Shown here: positions 47,053-60,399 of the stretch, in pieces
How positions within the stretch are numbered: position 1 is the first letter of the stretch
Layout of the letters: every line of letters begins with the position of its first letter
Assembly: GCA_963765245.1 (NCBI GenBank)
Contig: CAVXVP010000006.1
Location: 124,093 to 188,092, forward strand
Reading direction: 5' to 3'
Length of the DNA stretch: 64,000 nucleotides
Origin: an uncultured Chloroflexia bacterium
GTDB lineage: Bacteria > Chloroflexota > Limnocylindria > Limnocylindrales > CSP1-4
Translations under genes and position numbers: made by a program
The notes under the pieces: model-generated
What the model saw: only the letters and a program-made list of their open reading frames with translations
Told to the model about the DNA's origin: nothing
Database searches by the model: none

Positions 47053-48877
47053 TCAGCGCCTCGACGCCACCGGTGACGCCGCGTTCGTGTTGAACGCCCG
47101 GAGCATGACCTCGTGGCGGCCGCCGAGCGAGTCGGTGGCGATGATCGGCACGCCCTCGGTGGCCTCGTGCTTGCCGTGGCGGTCGGTCACCTCGAAGCGG
47201 CCGTTGCCGAGGTTGCGGATCTTGAGGTCGGCGGTCTTGGTCTTGTCGGCGACGACGTCGGTCACCTGCTTGGACTCGGGGGCACGGACGAAGCTGAGGC
47301 CGACCAGCCGCCCGTAGCCGAGGTTGGCGGTGTGGATGACGTCGACCACGGCCAGCACGTAGCCGCGCCGTCGGGAGCGCAGCAGCGTCACGATGATCAT
47401 GGCCAGCCCGCCCACCAGCGCGACGCCGAGGACCACCAGGAACGGCGCGAGGATCGGGGTGCACTCGAGCGCCGTCCCGCACGGCCTGAAGGTGTCCGAG
47501 ACGGGTGACGCGTCGCTCGTGCCGATGGTGTTCTCGGCGAACGCGCGACAGACGTATTCGGTGCCGTTGGTCAGGCCGTCGATCTCGGCGTCGGATCGGA
47601 GGTCGACGCGACATCGACGGTGACCGGCCAGGTCGCGCCGCCGTCGTTCGAGCACTCGTAGCGGAAGCCCGAGATGTCGCCCGACGCCTGGGCGCGACGC
47701 CGACGCGGACGGCCTCGTTGAGCGCCGCGACCGTCGGCTTGCCGGGGGCTGCCGGTTTCCCGGTCGGGGTGACGGCGGCTGACACCGGCGTCCACGGACC
47801 CTGCGAGCTCGGGCCGATGGCGGCCACCTCACAGCTGTAGGCGGTGCCGTTGGTCAGGCCCTCGACGACGGCCGTGCGATCGAGCGAGACGCCCTCGGTC
47901 GATTCGATCCAGGTGCCGTCGCCGGTTCCGCAGCGGACCTTGTAGTCGACGATCGGCGGGGCGCTGGCGGTGCCGGCGGGAGCGGGCCAGGCCAGCTCGA
48001 CCTTGCCGTCGCCGGCTGTGGCCTGGATGCCGGTCACGGCGGGGATCGCCGGCGGCGGGGTCGGTGCGGGCGTCGGCGGGAGGACGGCCGTGAACGTGCA
48101 CGTGGCGTCCTGGAGCGCGACCGCGACCGCGGTGCCGGCCTGCTCGGCGGTCTCGAACACGGTCTGCGGCCAGTCGAAGGTCGCGCCGCTGACGCAGGCC
48201 GGCATGTCCTTGATGATCTTCATCTTGTTGAGCCCGGCCTCGAGCGCGGCCCGGTCCTTTGCGGCGAGACCCATCCCGACCGGCAGGATCGCGACCGGCG
48301 AACGGCTCCCGAACAGGCGATCGATCGTGGGCTGGACGCGGCTGACGGGGACGCCCGGGACGTCGTGCTTGCCGTCGGTGAACATGATCAGGGCCGGGCG
48401 CTCGGCGTCGGCCGGGAGGTGCTTGGCGGCCTGCCTCGAGCGCCGGACGTAGTTGGTGTCGGTGCCGATCTTCTTGGTCAGCGCCTTGTCGAGGCCCTTG
48501 CGGTAGGCGGCGGCCAGGCTCCGCAGGCAGTCGGCGAACTTGCCGACGGCGACCGGGTCGTTGAGCAGCTTCAGGTCCGTGCAGCCCGTGTAATCGGCGG
48601 CCCTCGTCGCGAACTGGATCATGCTCACGGTCGTGTCGCCGGCGACGAGGTCGGCCGACGTCTCGTCGACGCGTGCCGCCATGCTCTCGAGCGCGGCGGC
48701 GAATCGGTCGCGGTTCGCCTTGTCGCGGAGGATCGAGGCCGAGTAGTCGAGGTCGATCACGACGTCGGACTTGTCGGGCCCCGCGGCGCGCGTGGTCGTC
48801 GTAAGGCCCCCGCTGAACAGCAGGGACCCGACGACCATCACAAGGGCGGCGCGCATGGCGAGACGGCGGCGACTCAT
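47053..48877 (-). CDS. vWA-domain / tandem fibronectin-III / single-TM protein with uncharacterised C-terminal domain (2 frameshifts)
   Basis: Signal peptide MSRRRLAMRAALVMVVGSLLFSGG. vWA-like DVVIDLDYSASILRD...ALIMFTDGKHD. Two FN3-like repeats (...ELAWPAPAGTASAPPIVDYKVRCGTGDGTW...GLTNGTAYSCEVAA and ...ISGFRYECSNDGGATWP...GLTNGTEYVCRAFA). TM ILAPFLVVLGVALVGGLAMIIVTLL. About 110 aa tail ...RLVGLSFVRAPESKQVTDVVADKTKTADLKIRNLGNGRFEVTDRHGKHEATEGVPIIATDSLGGRHEVMLRAFNTNAASPVASRR. Confidence 0.6.
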
Positions 48878-49012
48878 TCGACCTCAGTTATGACGTGGCA
48901 GCGCTTCGGCATCAATAGCAGAGGAATGTACTAGGTGCAACCAGACAACGCTGTCGGCGCGGTGACCGGCGGTCGCAACCGAGAGGTAAGGGCGCCTTCC
49001 TACTCTTGCCCG

Positions 49013-49252
49013 ATGCCCGAGATCTCACGCTTCTTCGGGATCGTCATCCAGATGTACGTCGACGACCATTTGCCGGCACATTTTCACGCTCGACATGCCG
49101 GGATGGACCTGGTGCTCGAGATCGGTTCGCTTGCGATCATCCGGGGCCGGCTTTCGCCCCGAGCACACGCTCTCGTGGTCGAGTGGGCGTCGCTGCACAT
49201 GGACGAACTTCGCGCGAACTGGGACCTGGCGAGAGCGCCGGCCTCCCGTTGA
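49013..49252 (+). CDS. DUF4160-domain protein
   Basis: MPEISRFFGIVIQMYVDDHLPAHFHARHAGMDLVLEIGSLAIIRGRLSPRAHALVVEWASLHMDELRANWDLA shows the hallmark ISRFYGIxIxMYxDDHxPPHFHA. Confidence 0.65.
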   Translation: MPEISRFFGIVIQMYVDDHLPAHFHARHAGMDLVLEIGSLAIIRGRLSPRAHALVVEWASLHMDELRANWDLARAPASR

Positions 49253-49284
49253 GGCGCATCGAACCATTGAGATAGCATCCGAAG

Positions 49285-49590
49285 ATGCTTCGCATTCGAT
49301 CCGCAACGGCGCTCACCGGCCGGCGGCTCCGACTCACCCTGACCGATGGCTCGATCGTCGAGCGCGACGTCCAGGATCTACTTTGGGGTCCGGTCTTCGA
49401 TCGTCTTCGCGTGGACGACGCATTCTTTGGTCGAGTCCGGGCGCGATACGGCACGGTGACTTGGCCCGGAAATGTCGACATCGCTCCGGAGACGATGATC
49501 TGGGACGGACCTGACCCGTCCGACGGCAGCCAGCGTCCCGCTGAATTCCTTCGACTTCACAGTCCTTCCCGCGAAGGACAGCCTGGCTAG
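49285..49590 (+). CDS. DUF2442-domain protein (partner of DUF4160)
   Basis: MLRIRSATALTGRRLRLTLTDGSIVERDVQDLLWGPVFDRLRVDDAFFGRVRARYGTVTWPGNVDIAPETMIWDG... Confidence 0.65.
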   Translation: MLRIRSATALTGRRLRLTLTDGSIVERDVQDLLWGPVFDRLRVDDAFFGRVRARYGTVTWPGNVDIAPETMIWDGPDPSDGSQRPAEFLRLHSPSREGQPG

Positions 49591-49608
49591 GTCTTTCAGT
49601 CAGCGTTC

Positions 49609-49672
49609 GCGATGCCGTCCATGGGCATACGAAATCGAACCTCTCGCCGGCGCCGAAAATCAAGCATCAAGT
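49609..49672. repeat. right-end module only of the nested-IR element
   Basis: GATGCCGTCCATGGGCATAC, a 25 bp spacer, then CCGAAAATCAAGCATCAAG. Begins 19 bp after the DUF2442 stop. No left module upstream of DUF4160. Confidence 0.55.
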
Positions 49673-49734
49673 TCCGGCCGAGTCGTTCCGGAGCGGCGGT
49701 CTCGCGCCAGCGGGCTTCAGTCAGGGCCACACGC

Positions 49735-50448
49735 TCAGCCATCCTCCCGGATGATCCGGCGCAGGTCGGCCGCCCGGCCGCTGAGGTCGCGGAAGAAGTC
49801 CGTTTCGGTGATCTCGGCGACCTGCTGTGCCTGGCGCGCGTGGTCGATCTCGATCCGCAGTTCGCGGACCTGCTCGCGCAGGCGTGCCTCGCGGGCCAGG
49901 ACCTCGCGGGCCATGCTCTCGAACCGCCGGGCGAGGACGCCCAGCGCGTCGTCGCGCGCCGCGACCGACGCGAGGTCGCCCAGATCGGACTCGCCGGCCT
50001 CGAGCGCCGCCGCCGCCCCGGTCACCCGCGACACCTGGTCGAGGTACTCGAGCTCGAGGTCGCGCAGCCGCTTCGCCGCCAGCGACGCATCGAGTCGCGC
50101 CTGCAGGATGGCCGGCTGGAAGGGCTTCGGCAGGTAGTCCGTCGCGCCCATCTCGATGCATCGGACGACGCTCGCGACCTCGTCCACGCCGGAGATGATG
50201 ATGACCGGCGATTGGCGGAGGGCGGGATCGGCCTTGATCGCCGCCAGGGTCGCGTAGCCGTCGAGGACCGGCATCACGATGTCGAGGAGGACGACGTCGA
50301 TCGGCCCTTCGGCGAGCCGGTCCAGGGCCTCGCGACCGTCGACCGCCTCCACGACCTCGTGGCCCTGCTCCGTGAGCGCGGCCCGAAGGATCGTCCGGTT
50401 GAGGCGCTCGTCGTCGACGACGAGGACACGACCGCCCGGCGGTCATCA
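49735..50448 (-). CDS. response regulator: receiver domain with C-terminal coiled-coil output (one frameshift at the N-terminus)
   Basis: VLVVDDERLNRTILRAALTEQGHEVVEAVDGREALDRLAEGPIDVVLLDIVMPVLDGYATLAAIKADPALRQSPVIIISG...YLPKPF. About 100 aa heptad-rich tail ...REARLREQVRELRIEIDHARQAQQVAEITETDFF. Confidence 0.7.
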
Positions 50449-50757
50449 GCCCGCGCTCGACCGCGATCAGGGCGGCCCGGACGCAGATCGAACTCGGCCG
50501 CGGCCTCGGCGACCCGCTCGGCGGCACCGTCGAGCCGCCCGCCCGTGCGTCCGTCTCCAGCGCGCGACACAGCGTCCGCCAGGTGATCGGCGCCCATGCT
50601 CGCGCTGTTCGACTTGAGCGAGTGGGCCGGCCGGACGAGCGCCTCCGCGTCGGCACGCGGCGACGGCCTCGCGCATCGCCACGAGCTGGGCCGCGGCGTC
50701 CTCGAGGTACGTCGTGATGAGCTCGCGGAGGAACTCGGGATCGCCGCCGGTCATCTC
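50445..50757 (-). CDS. Hpt (histidine phosphotransfer) domain protein, frameshifted
   Basis: MTGGDPEFLRELITTYLEDAAAQLVAMREAVAA, then in a second frame ADAEALVRPAHSLKSNSASMGADHLADAVSR, the canonical AHxLKG/S phospho-His motif. Confidence 0.65.
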
Positions 50758-50806
50758 CGAGCAGGCGATCGATGGCGGCCGGGTCGAGGACGACGTCGAT
50801 CGTCAG

Positions 50807-53972
<3,166 letters not shown>

Positions 53973-53989
53973 GCGGTCCGGACCGGCCC

Positions 53990-54962
53990 TACGGAACGGT
54001 CTGGTTGACCTCGGCCATGTCGAACGCGGCCGCCGCGGTGACGTAGTCGGTGCCGAAGTACTTCATGCGACGCGGCCTTGAGCTCGCCGCTCGCCTCGAG
54101 GTCGCGGATCGCGCCATCGATGGCGGCCAGGAAGGCCTGCGGGGCGAGCGTCATGCTCCGGTCGATGTAGCCGGTCTTGTAGGTGTAGAACGCCGGCGTG
54201 TCGAGCATCCGGAGGTCGCCGCCCTTCGCGATCGCCTCGGCCCCGACCGGCTGGCTGCACAGGAATGCGTCGATCTTGCCGGCCGCGACGGCGTCGAGCC
54301 CGGGCGGCTCGGTCGCGTAGGTGACGATCTTCGGGTCCGTGACGGCGTAGGTGAGCGTCTCGCCGGGCAGCGCCAGCGTCTTGCGCAGGTACTGCTCGTG
54401 GGTGCAGCCGGAGCAGGCGCCGATCTGCTTCCCGTCGAGGTCGGCCGGGGTCTGGTACGTGGAGTCCTTCTTGACGAAGAAGTTCGCCGGCGTCGTGTAA
54501 TAGGGCTGCGTCACGTACAGCTTCTCCATGCGTGACGTGGTCATGGCACCCGAACCCCAGGCGACATCGAACCGGTCGCCCCAGCCGCCGGCGATGACCT
54601 CGTCGAATGGCACGACGACGAAGCACGGTTCGACGCCGAGCTTGGCCGCGACGAGCTTGCCGGTCTCGACGTCGTAGCCGTCCATCTCGGGTGCCGGTCA
54701 GCTGGTTCGGGGCGCATTTCGTGTTCGCCGCGCGGGTCGCGCCGTCGACCTTCATCGACTGGGGCGGGTAGGCCGGGTCGGTGAACAGGACGAGCGTGCC
54801 GCGAGCCTGGACCTGGGCGAGCTTGTCCTTGGTCGGGTCCGCCGACGGCGCGAGGCCGCGGCGCTGCCCGACGAGCCGCCGCTGCAGGCGGCGAGGAGCG
54901 GCCGACGACCACCGACGCCGAGGACGACCGACCGTGCAGATCGAGCGTCGCTCGGCTCACGT
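53990..54962 (-). CDS. family-3 (amino-acid/polar) substrate-binding protein, paralog 1 (frameshifted)
   Basis: ...YPPQSMKVDGATRAANTKCAPNQLTG / DGYDVETGKLVAAKLGVEPCFVVVPFDEVIAGGWGDRFDVAWGSGAMTTSRMEKLYVTQPYY... C-terminus MKYFGTDYVTAAAAFDMAEVNQTVP. Confidence 0.6.
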
Positions 54963-55976
54963 GATGCCTCACTGGACTGTCTGGCCGATCTTGCCGAGGT
55001 CGAACTGGCCGGCGACGGTCGTGTAGTCGGCGCCGAACCATTTCATCGACAACGCCTTCAGCGTCCCGTCCTGTGGGCCGTCCGGATGATCTCGTCGACG
55101 CGGTCGACGAAGGCCTTGACCTCGAGGCCGGACGTCTTGTCGACGAACCCGGACGGGTACATCGAGAACGCCGGTCTCGTCGAGGAGCCGGAGCGGCTTG
55201 CCCTCCTTGATCGCCTCGTTGGCGACCGGCTCGGCCGTCAGGAATGCGTCGATCTTCCCGGCCGCCAGGGCGTCGATGCCCGGATTCTCGGTCTCGAAGC
55301 CGACGAGCTTGCGGGTCCTTGACCTTCTGGACGAGGTCGACGCCGGGGATCACCAGGGTGCCCTTGAGGTACGACTCGACCGTGCAGCTCGTGCACGTCC
55401 CGATCTTCTTGCCGTCGAGGTCGGACGGCTTCGTCGCGGTCGAGTCCTTCGGCGACGAGGAACCGCTGCGGGCACGTAGTAATAGGGCTGGGTCATGTAC
55501 AGGTGCTCCATCCGGGTCGCGTTGATCGCGCCGGAGCCGTAGGCGATATCGAAGCGATCGCTCCAGCCGCCGGCCGTCACCTCGGTCCAGGTCGGCTGCG
55601 ACGAAGCAGGCCTCGACGCCCAAGCGCCTTGGCGACGAGCTTGGTCGTCTCGACGTCGAAGCCGGTGACCTCGCGCGCGGTGATCTCGTTCGGCTGGCAC
55701 TTCGTGTTCGGGTCGCGGGTGGCGCCGTCGACCCGGATCGATTGGGGCGGGTAGTCCAGCTCGGCGTACCCGACGAGGGTCCCGCGCTCGAGGATCTGGG
55801 CGAGCTTGTCCTTCGTCGGATCGGCCGACTGACGAGCTTCGATGGAGCCGCCGCCGACGCGCACGCGGCGAGCGAGGACGGCCAGCGCTGCCGAGGATCG
55901 CCACACGTCGCAGAGCCGGCGACCGGCGAGCGCCGAGCATCGAGGCCCCTCCGTGTCTGGACTGGCGCTCGTGCGT
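54960..55976 (-). CDS. family-3 substrate-binding protein, paralog 2 (frameshifted)
   Basis: ...YPPQSIRVDGATRDPNTKCQPNEITAREVTGFDVETTKLVAKALG... / ...SDRFDIAYGSGAINATRMEHLYMTQPYYY... Collinear with paralog 1. Confidence 0.6.
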
Positions 55977-56454
55977 CATGTCGACGCCGGCGCCCGGCGT
56001 CAGCGAGATCGTCAGTCGCGGCGGGATCCGTCGCCAGATCGACGGCCGGCTGGACCTCGAACGCGAGCATCGCCGACTCGTCGGCCACGCGGAATGCCTT
56101 GTCGGCCGGGGCCATCGTGGACCCGGACGTCCACCGGCGTGCGCGACGGAGCCCCCGTCCGGGCCGACGGCGTGGACCCACAGCGAGCACGTGGCTGGCG
56201 ATGTCGGCCGGCAGGTCGACGCGTCATCGAGCGCAGCCGATTCGGCGCGTTGATGACGATCTCGCTCCCGTCGAGCCGCCGGCGGCCGGTCGATTCGTCG
56301 AGGTCGACGGAGGTCGCGACCGCGCGGCCCGCCGGACACGACGGACAGGACGCCCCGGTCCGGCGGCCCGGTCTCGAGCCGGTATTCGACGACGGTCCGC
56401 GGCGCGAACGCACCGCGCCGCCAGCTGACGATCGCCAGACGCGACCATCGCGAC

Positions 56455-57770
56455 CCCGACCAGCAGCGCCGCCGCGCGTTCGAGCGGTCGAATCCCAGAT
56501 CCACAGCCCGAACGACGACGACACCGAACAGGAAGACGCCACCGATCGCGAGGGCGACGATCGGCCAGCCGAGCGGACCGATCATCCGGCCCGGCAGACG
56601 GTCGCCTCGGCGACGCGCGGCGACGAGCAGGAGCATCGGGAAGACGCCGCTCAGCAGCGGCAGGGTCAGCGTCCCGACGAGGTTGAGTGGCTCGGTGAAC
56701 GAGATCGAGCCGCGCGACAGGAGCACCTCGACGACGAGGAAGATGACCAGCAAGCGGTGCGGCCCGGATCGCGAAGTCGACGACGCGTCGCCGCGCGCGG
56801 CTCGACCGGCGCGCGTCCGTGCCCGGGCACGGTCACGGCGATCGAGGTCGGCCATCTGGTTGAAGATCCCGAGCCCGAGGTAGATCGCGCTCAGCCCGAC
56901 GCCGAGGACGATGTAGATGGTGCCGAGGACATCGATGATCGGGCCCGACCCGCTGCGCGAGCGGTGTCAGCGCCGTGCCCGCGTAGCCGGCCAGCGCGTT
57001 CGCCCCGACCGCGCCGGTCAGGACCAGGACGAAGACGATGTAGATGACCATCGCCGACAGCATCGCGGCGACGTTGCCCGGCCAGGAGGTGCCGCCCGCT
57101 CGGGTCCCGCGCCAGGACGACCTTGGCGGAGTGGCCCGGCCGAGGTGTGCCCGAAGTAGGCGACCAGGGCCACGCCGAAGATGAGCTCGAGGAAGCGACG
57201 CGTCGAAGGCGATGCCGGCGCCCGCGCGCCGTCGCGAACGCGTCGGGTCGGGCGTTCGCGAAGGCGATCGCCGAGATGAGCAGGAGCAGGAAGATGTTGA
57301 TCGAGCCGACCGCGACCGCCACGGCGACCGTCGCGTCGAGCGTCCCGCGCCACAGGATGGCCATCACGACGGCGAAGAGGGCGCGCGGCCCAGATCAGCA
57401 CGGACACCCCGGTCACGCCGGCCATCGTCGATCCGAAGCCGATGAGCGCGACGCTGAACCCGACCGCATCGAGGACGAACAGGGTCGGGACGACGATCGC
57501 GAGGCCGGGTCGACCGAGGTAGTCGCCGATGAGCCGGCCGAGGAACGCGTTCCCGTAGCGCATCCGGCCGTCGCGGGTGATGCTCTCGACGAGCGCGGCG
57601 ATCGGTCAGCACGTTGAGGACGACCGAAGACGACCAGCAGGACGTCGCCCCGACCGGCCCGAACCCGGCCAACGCGATCGGCAGGGCCAGGACGCCGGCG
57701 CCGACGGTCTCGGTCAGGGTCAGGGTGAAGGCCAGCCAGAACGGCGGCAGCGACTCGAGCCGACGCGACA
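56455..57770 (-). CDS. amino-acid permease-like polytopic membrane protein (HAAAP/APC-like), several frameshifts
   Basis: MSRRLESLPPFWLAFTLTLTETVGAGVLALPIALAGFGPVGA..., MRYGNAFLGRLIGDYLGRPGLAIVVPTLFVLDAVGFSVALIGFG, MAILWRGTLDATVAVAVAVGSINIFLLLLISAIAFA, and AMLSAMVIYIVFVLVLTGAVGANALAGY in different frames. The C-terminal limit is uncertain. Confidence 0.4.
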
Positions 57771-57914
57771 TGCGCGGCCCGTCGCCAGCGAAGTCGCTCG
57801 CGGAACGACAGCGGCGCGAGGCCGGCCGCCGCGAGCGTCGACGCCCGGTCCGCTCGCTGGTACGCCTCGTCGACCGCCGGATCGTCCGCACCGAGCGCGG
57901 CTCCGCAGGCCGCG

Positions 57915-58262
57915 CGCCTGGGCCGGCAGGCCGTACTTCTCGACGATCCGGCGGAGGATCTCGGCCCGCAGCGCCGGATCCGCCGGCACGAGGCTGGCCC
58001 AGCGGTCGGCGTGGCGATCGAGGTCCTGGATCGTCGGCCGGAGCGGCAGGCTGCGGCCCTCGGCGAGGGCGCTCAGGAACTGCCCTTCGTGCTCGGCCGC
58101 CGTCCGCTCGGTCTCGAACCGGGCCATCGCCCGGCGCGCCCGTGACGCGAGGAGGGCCGTTCGGGCCTCGATCGCGTACAGGAGGGTGCTCGCCCGGCGC
58201 GCCGGCATGCCGCCGGTGACGTCCGCGCGGGAGAAGATCGGTGCGTCGTCAGCCGCCATCGC
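57915..58262 (-). CDS. hypothetical protein downstream of the ParA-like gene
   Basis: MAADDAPIFSRADVTGGMPARRASTLLYAIEARTALLASRARRAMARFETERTAAEHEGQFLSALAEGRSLPLRPTIQDLDRHADRWASLVPADPALRAEILRRIVEKYGLPA. Protein-like composition but no family. Confidence 0.3.
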
Positions 58263-59019
58263 CGACCAGCGTGGCCGGCGACCGTGCGGAAGAGGACGGA
58301 CACCGGGTGGTCGGGTTCGCGGACCGAGAAGATGCCCTCGCTGGCGAGTCGCATGACGTCGTCCGAGTGGGGGATGACGGCCGCGACCGGGCAGCCGTAC
58401 GCCTCCTCGACCCGCGCCGCGACGGCGGCGGAGTCGAACGAATTCGGGGAGCTTGTTGACGAGGATCCGGATCCGCGGGACCTCGAGCTCCCGGGCGACC
58501 CGCGCGGTCACGCCGGTCCCCTCGTAGTCCTGGCGGTCGGGTCGCATGACGATGAGCAGGCTGTCGGACAGGACCAGCGACAGGAGCGTCTCCTCGTTGA
58601 GGCCCGGGTGGGTGTCGATGAGCAGGATGTCGAGGTCGAGGGCGGCGATCAGCTGCCTGAAGCCTTCGGTCATCCGCTGCGCGTCATAGCCCTCGCGCAG
58701 GACCCGGGCGATCTCGCCCGGCTTCATGCTCGACGGGATCAGGAGGATCCGCCCGGTCGTGTCGGGGCCGGCGGCGCTCGTCACGTCCGGGCGACCTCCT
58801 CGATCGCGCGGCCGTGCCACAGGAAGTCGTTCAGCGACGCCTCGATCTCGTCGCCGGCCAGCCCGAACAGGACGTGGATGCCGGGCGACTGGATGTCCGT
58901 GTCGATGACGCCGACGCGCGGCCCGCGCGCGCGTAGATCGCTGCGAGGTTGGCGGTCGTGTTGGACTTGCCCGTCCCTCCACGGAACGAGTGCACGCTGA
59001 TGACGGTCGCCACCGACAC
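58240..59019 (-). CDS. ParA/MinD-family P-loop ATPase (frameshifted)
   Basis: MSVATVISVHSFRGGTGKSNTTANLAAIYARAG is the deviant Walker A of the ParA/MinD class. Then ...LDLDILLIDTHPGLNEETLLSLVLSDSLLIVMRPDRQDYEGTGVTARVARELEVPRIRILVNKLP. Confidence 0.6.
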
Positions 59020-59191
59020 CTCATTGGATATCTGGCTGGTGCAGCGCGCGGACGGGAATGGGTCAGGGCGTGACGGCCATCCGGTGCCGTGATGCTAGGT
59101 GGTGCCCCGACCGGACGCAAGTCGGAGTGGGCCTACGGCGACGCGGAGGGTCTCGGCGTCTGATCGCGGAGGGTGCTCCCCTCCGTGCGGG

Positions 59192-59674
59192 TTAGGCCTC
59201 CGCGAGCGCCTTCGCCCGTCGGACGATCGCGGTCATGATCGCGGACTCGAACGAGTCGCCCAGGGCGCCCTCGTTGAAGCGGTCCTCGCGGATGAGCGCC
59301 GTCAGGAGCATCGCAAGTTCGTCGGGCGTGGCGTGTGCAAGGGCGTCTCCGTCACCGTGGAGGGTCTTGGCCTCGGGTGTCTGTGCCCAGCTCGGCCAGT
59401 CGAAGCCGGTCAGCATCATCCCTGCCTCGCCCACGGCTCGCAGGAACGCCTCGGCCGCCGGGCTCAGCTCGTACCAGGGCATCGTCCAGACACCGTCGGG
59501 TCGCCGTTCCGAGTCGTGCCACTGGCCGGCTTCGAAGTCGGGTGCCTCGACGATGGGGAGGGCGGCGGCCAGTCTTTCGATCTCGTAGTGCCGCTCGGGT
59601 TCGGGGTTGTGGTCGGGCTCCGTTCGGGCTCGGGCGGCGTGCTCAACTCGCGGCGCGGACGCGCTCGAGGCCAC
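59192..59674 (-). CDS. hypothetical protein
   Basis: ...GVWTMPWYELSPAAEAFLRAVGEAGMMLTGFDWPSWAQTPEAKTLHGDGDALAHATPDELAMLLTALIREDRFNEGALGDSFESAIMTAIVRRAKALAEA. The start codon is uncertain. Confidence 0.4.
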   Translation of the reverse strand: MASSASAPRVEHAARARTEPDHNPEPERHYEIERLAAALPIVEAPDFEAGQWHDSERRPDGVWTMPWYELSPAAEAFLRAVGEAGMMLTGFDWPSWAQTPEAKTLHGDGDALAHATPDELAMLLTALIREDRFNEGALGDSFESAIMTAIVRRAKALAEA

Positions 59675-60317
59675 CGAGGATCAGGTCGAGCCCGAACGCG
59701 AATTCTTCATCGTCGTCGCATGCGCCCAGGCCGCCGTCGTGGCTGGCCGCGGCGGCGAGCTCGGCGAGGGCCGGGTAGCTGACCGACAGCGAGCGCACGA
59801 CCATCGCCTGCGTCTCGGGGTCGGGCGCGCGGCCGGAGTCGTCGAACAGGTCCTGGTGGAAACCGAAGATCCGGCTGCTCAGGACGTGGAGCGCGTGGTG
59901 GGCCGTCTCCATCGTGAAGCCGCCGGCGATGAGCGTCGCCAGGACCGTGTCGATGTGGGCGAGGGCTTGCGGGCCGGCCGTTCCCCGTTCCTCGAGGACG
60001 CGCGGCGCCCAGGGGTGGCGGAGCATCACGGTCCGGGCGGCCATCACGATCCCGCGCAGGTCCTGGATCCAGTCGCCACCGGCCGGGGGCCGCTCGATCT
60101 CGCCGATCACGACTTCGGCGACGCCGTCGAGCAGGTCGTCCTTGCCCTTGATGTGGCGGTAGATCGCCATCGCGTCGACGCCGAGCTCCTGGCCGAGCTT
60201 GCGCATGCTCAGGTTGTCGAGGCCGCCCCGGTCGGCGAGGGCCACGCCGGCCTCGAGGATGCGTTCGCGGGTCAGGGGAGCGCGGCGTTCGGTCTGCGCG
60301 GTTTTCTGGATTGCCAC
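59643..60317 (-). CDS. TetR/AcrR family transcriptional regulator (intact)
   Basis: ...LTRERILEAGVALADRGGLDNLSMRKLGQELGVDAMAIYRHIKGKDDLLDGV... has a TetR_N HTH plus a C-terminal ligand domain. Confidence 0.8.
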   Translation of the reverse strand: MAIQKTAQTERRAPLTRERILEAGVALADRGGLDNLSMRKLGQELGVDAMAIYRHIKGKDDLLDGVAEVVIGEIERPPAGGDWIQDLRGIVMAARTVMLRHPWAPRVLEERGTAGPQALAHIDTVLATLIAGGFTMETAHHALHVLSSRIFGFHQDLFDDSGRAPDPETQAMVVRSLSVSYPALAELAAAASHDGGLGACDDDEEFAFGLDLILGGLERVRAAS

Positions 60318-60399
60318 CTTGACAGTGTAGCGGTTGGGCTCGTATGTTTACGGCGTAGTCTACGCTGTAGACGCATAGGAGCCGAGGAGGGCCCAGACC

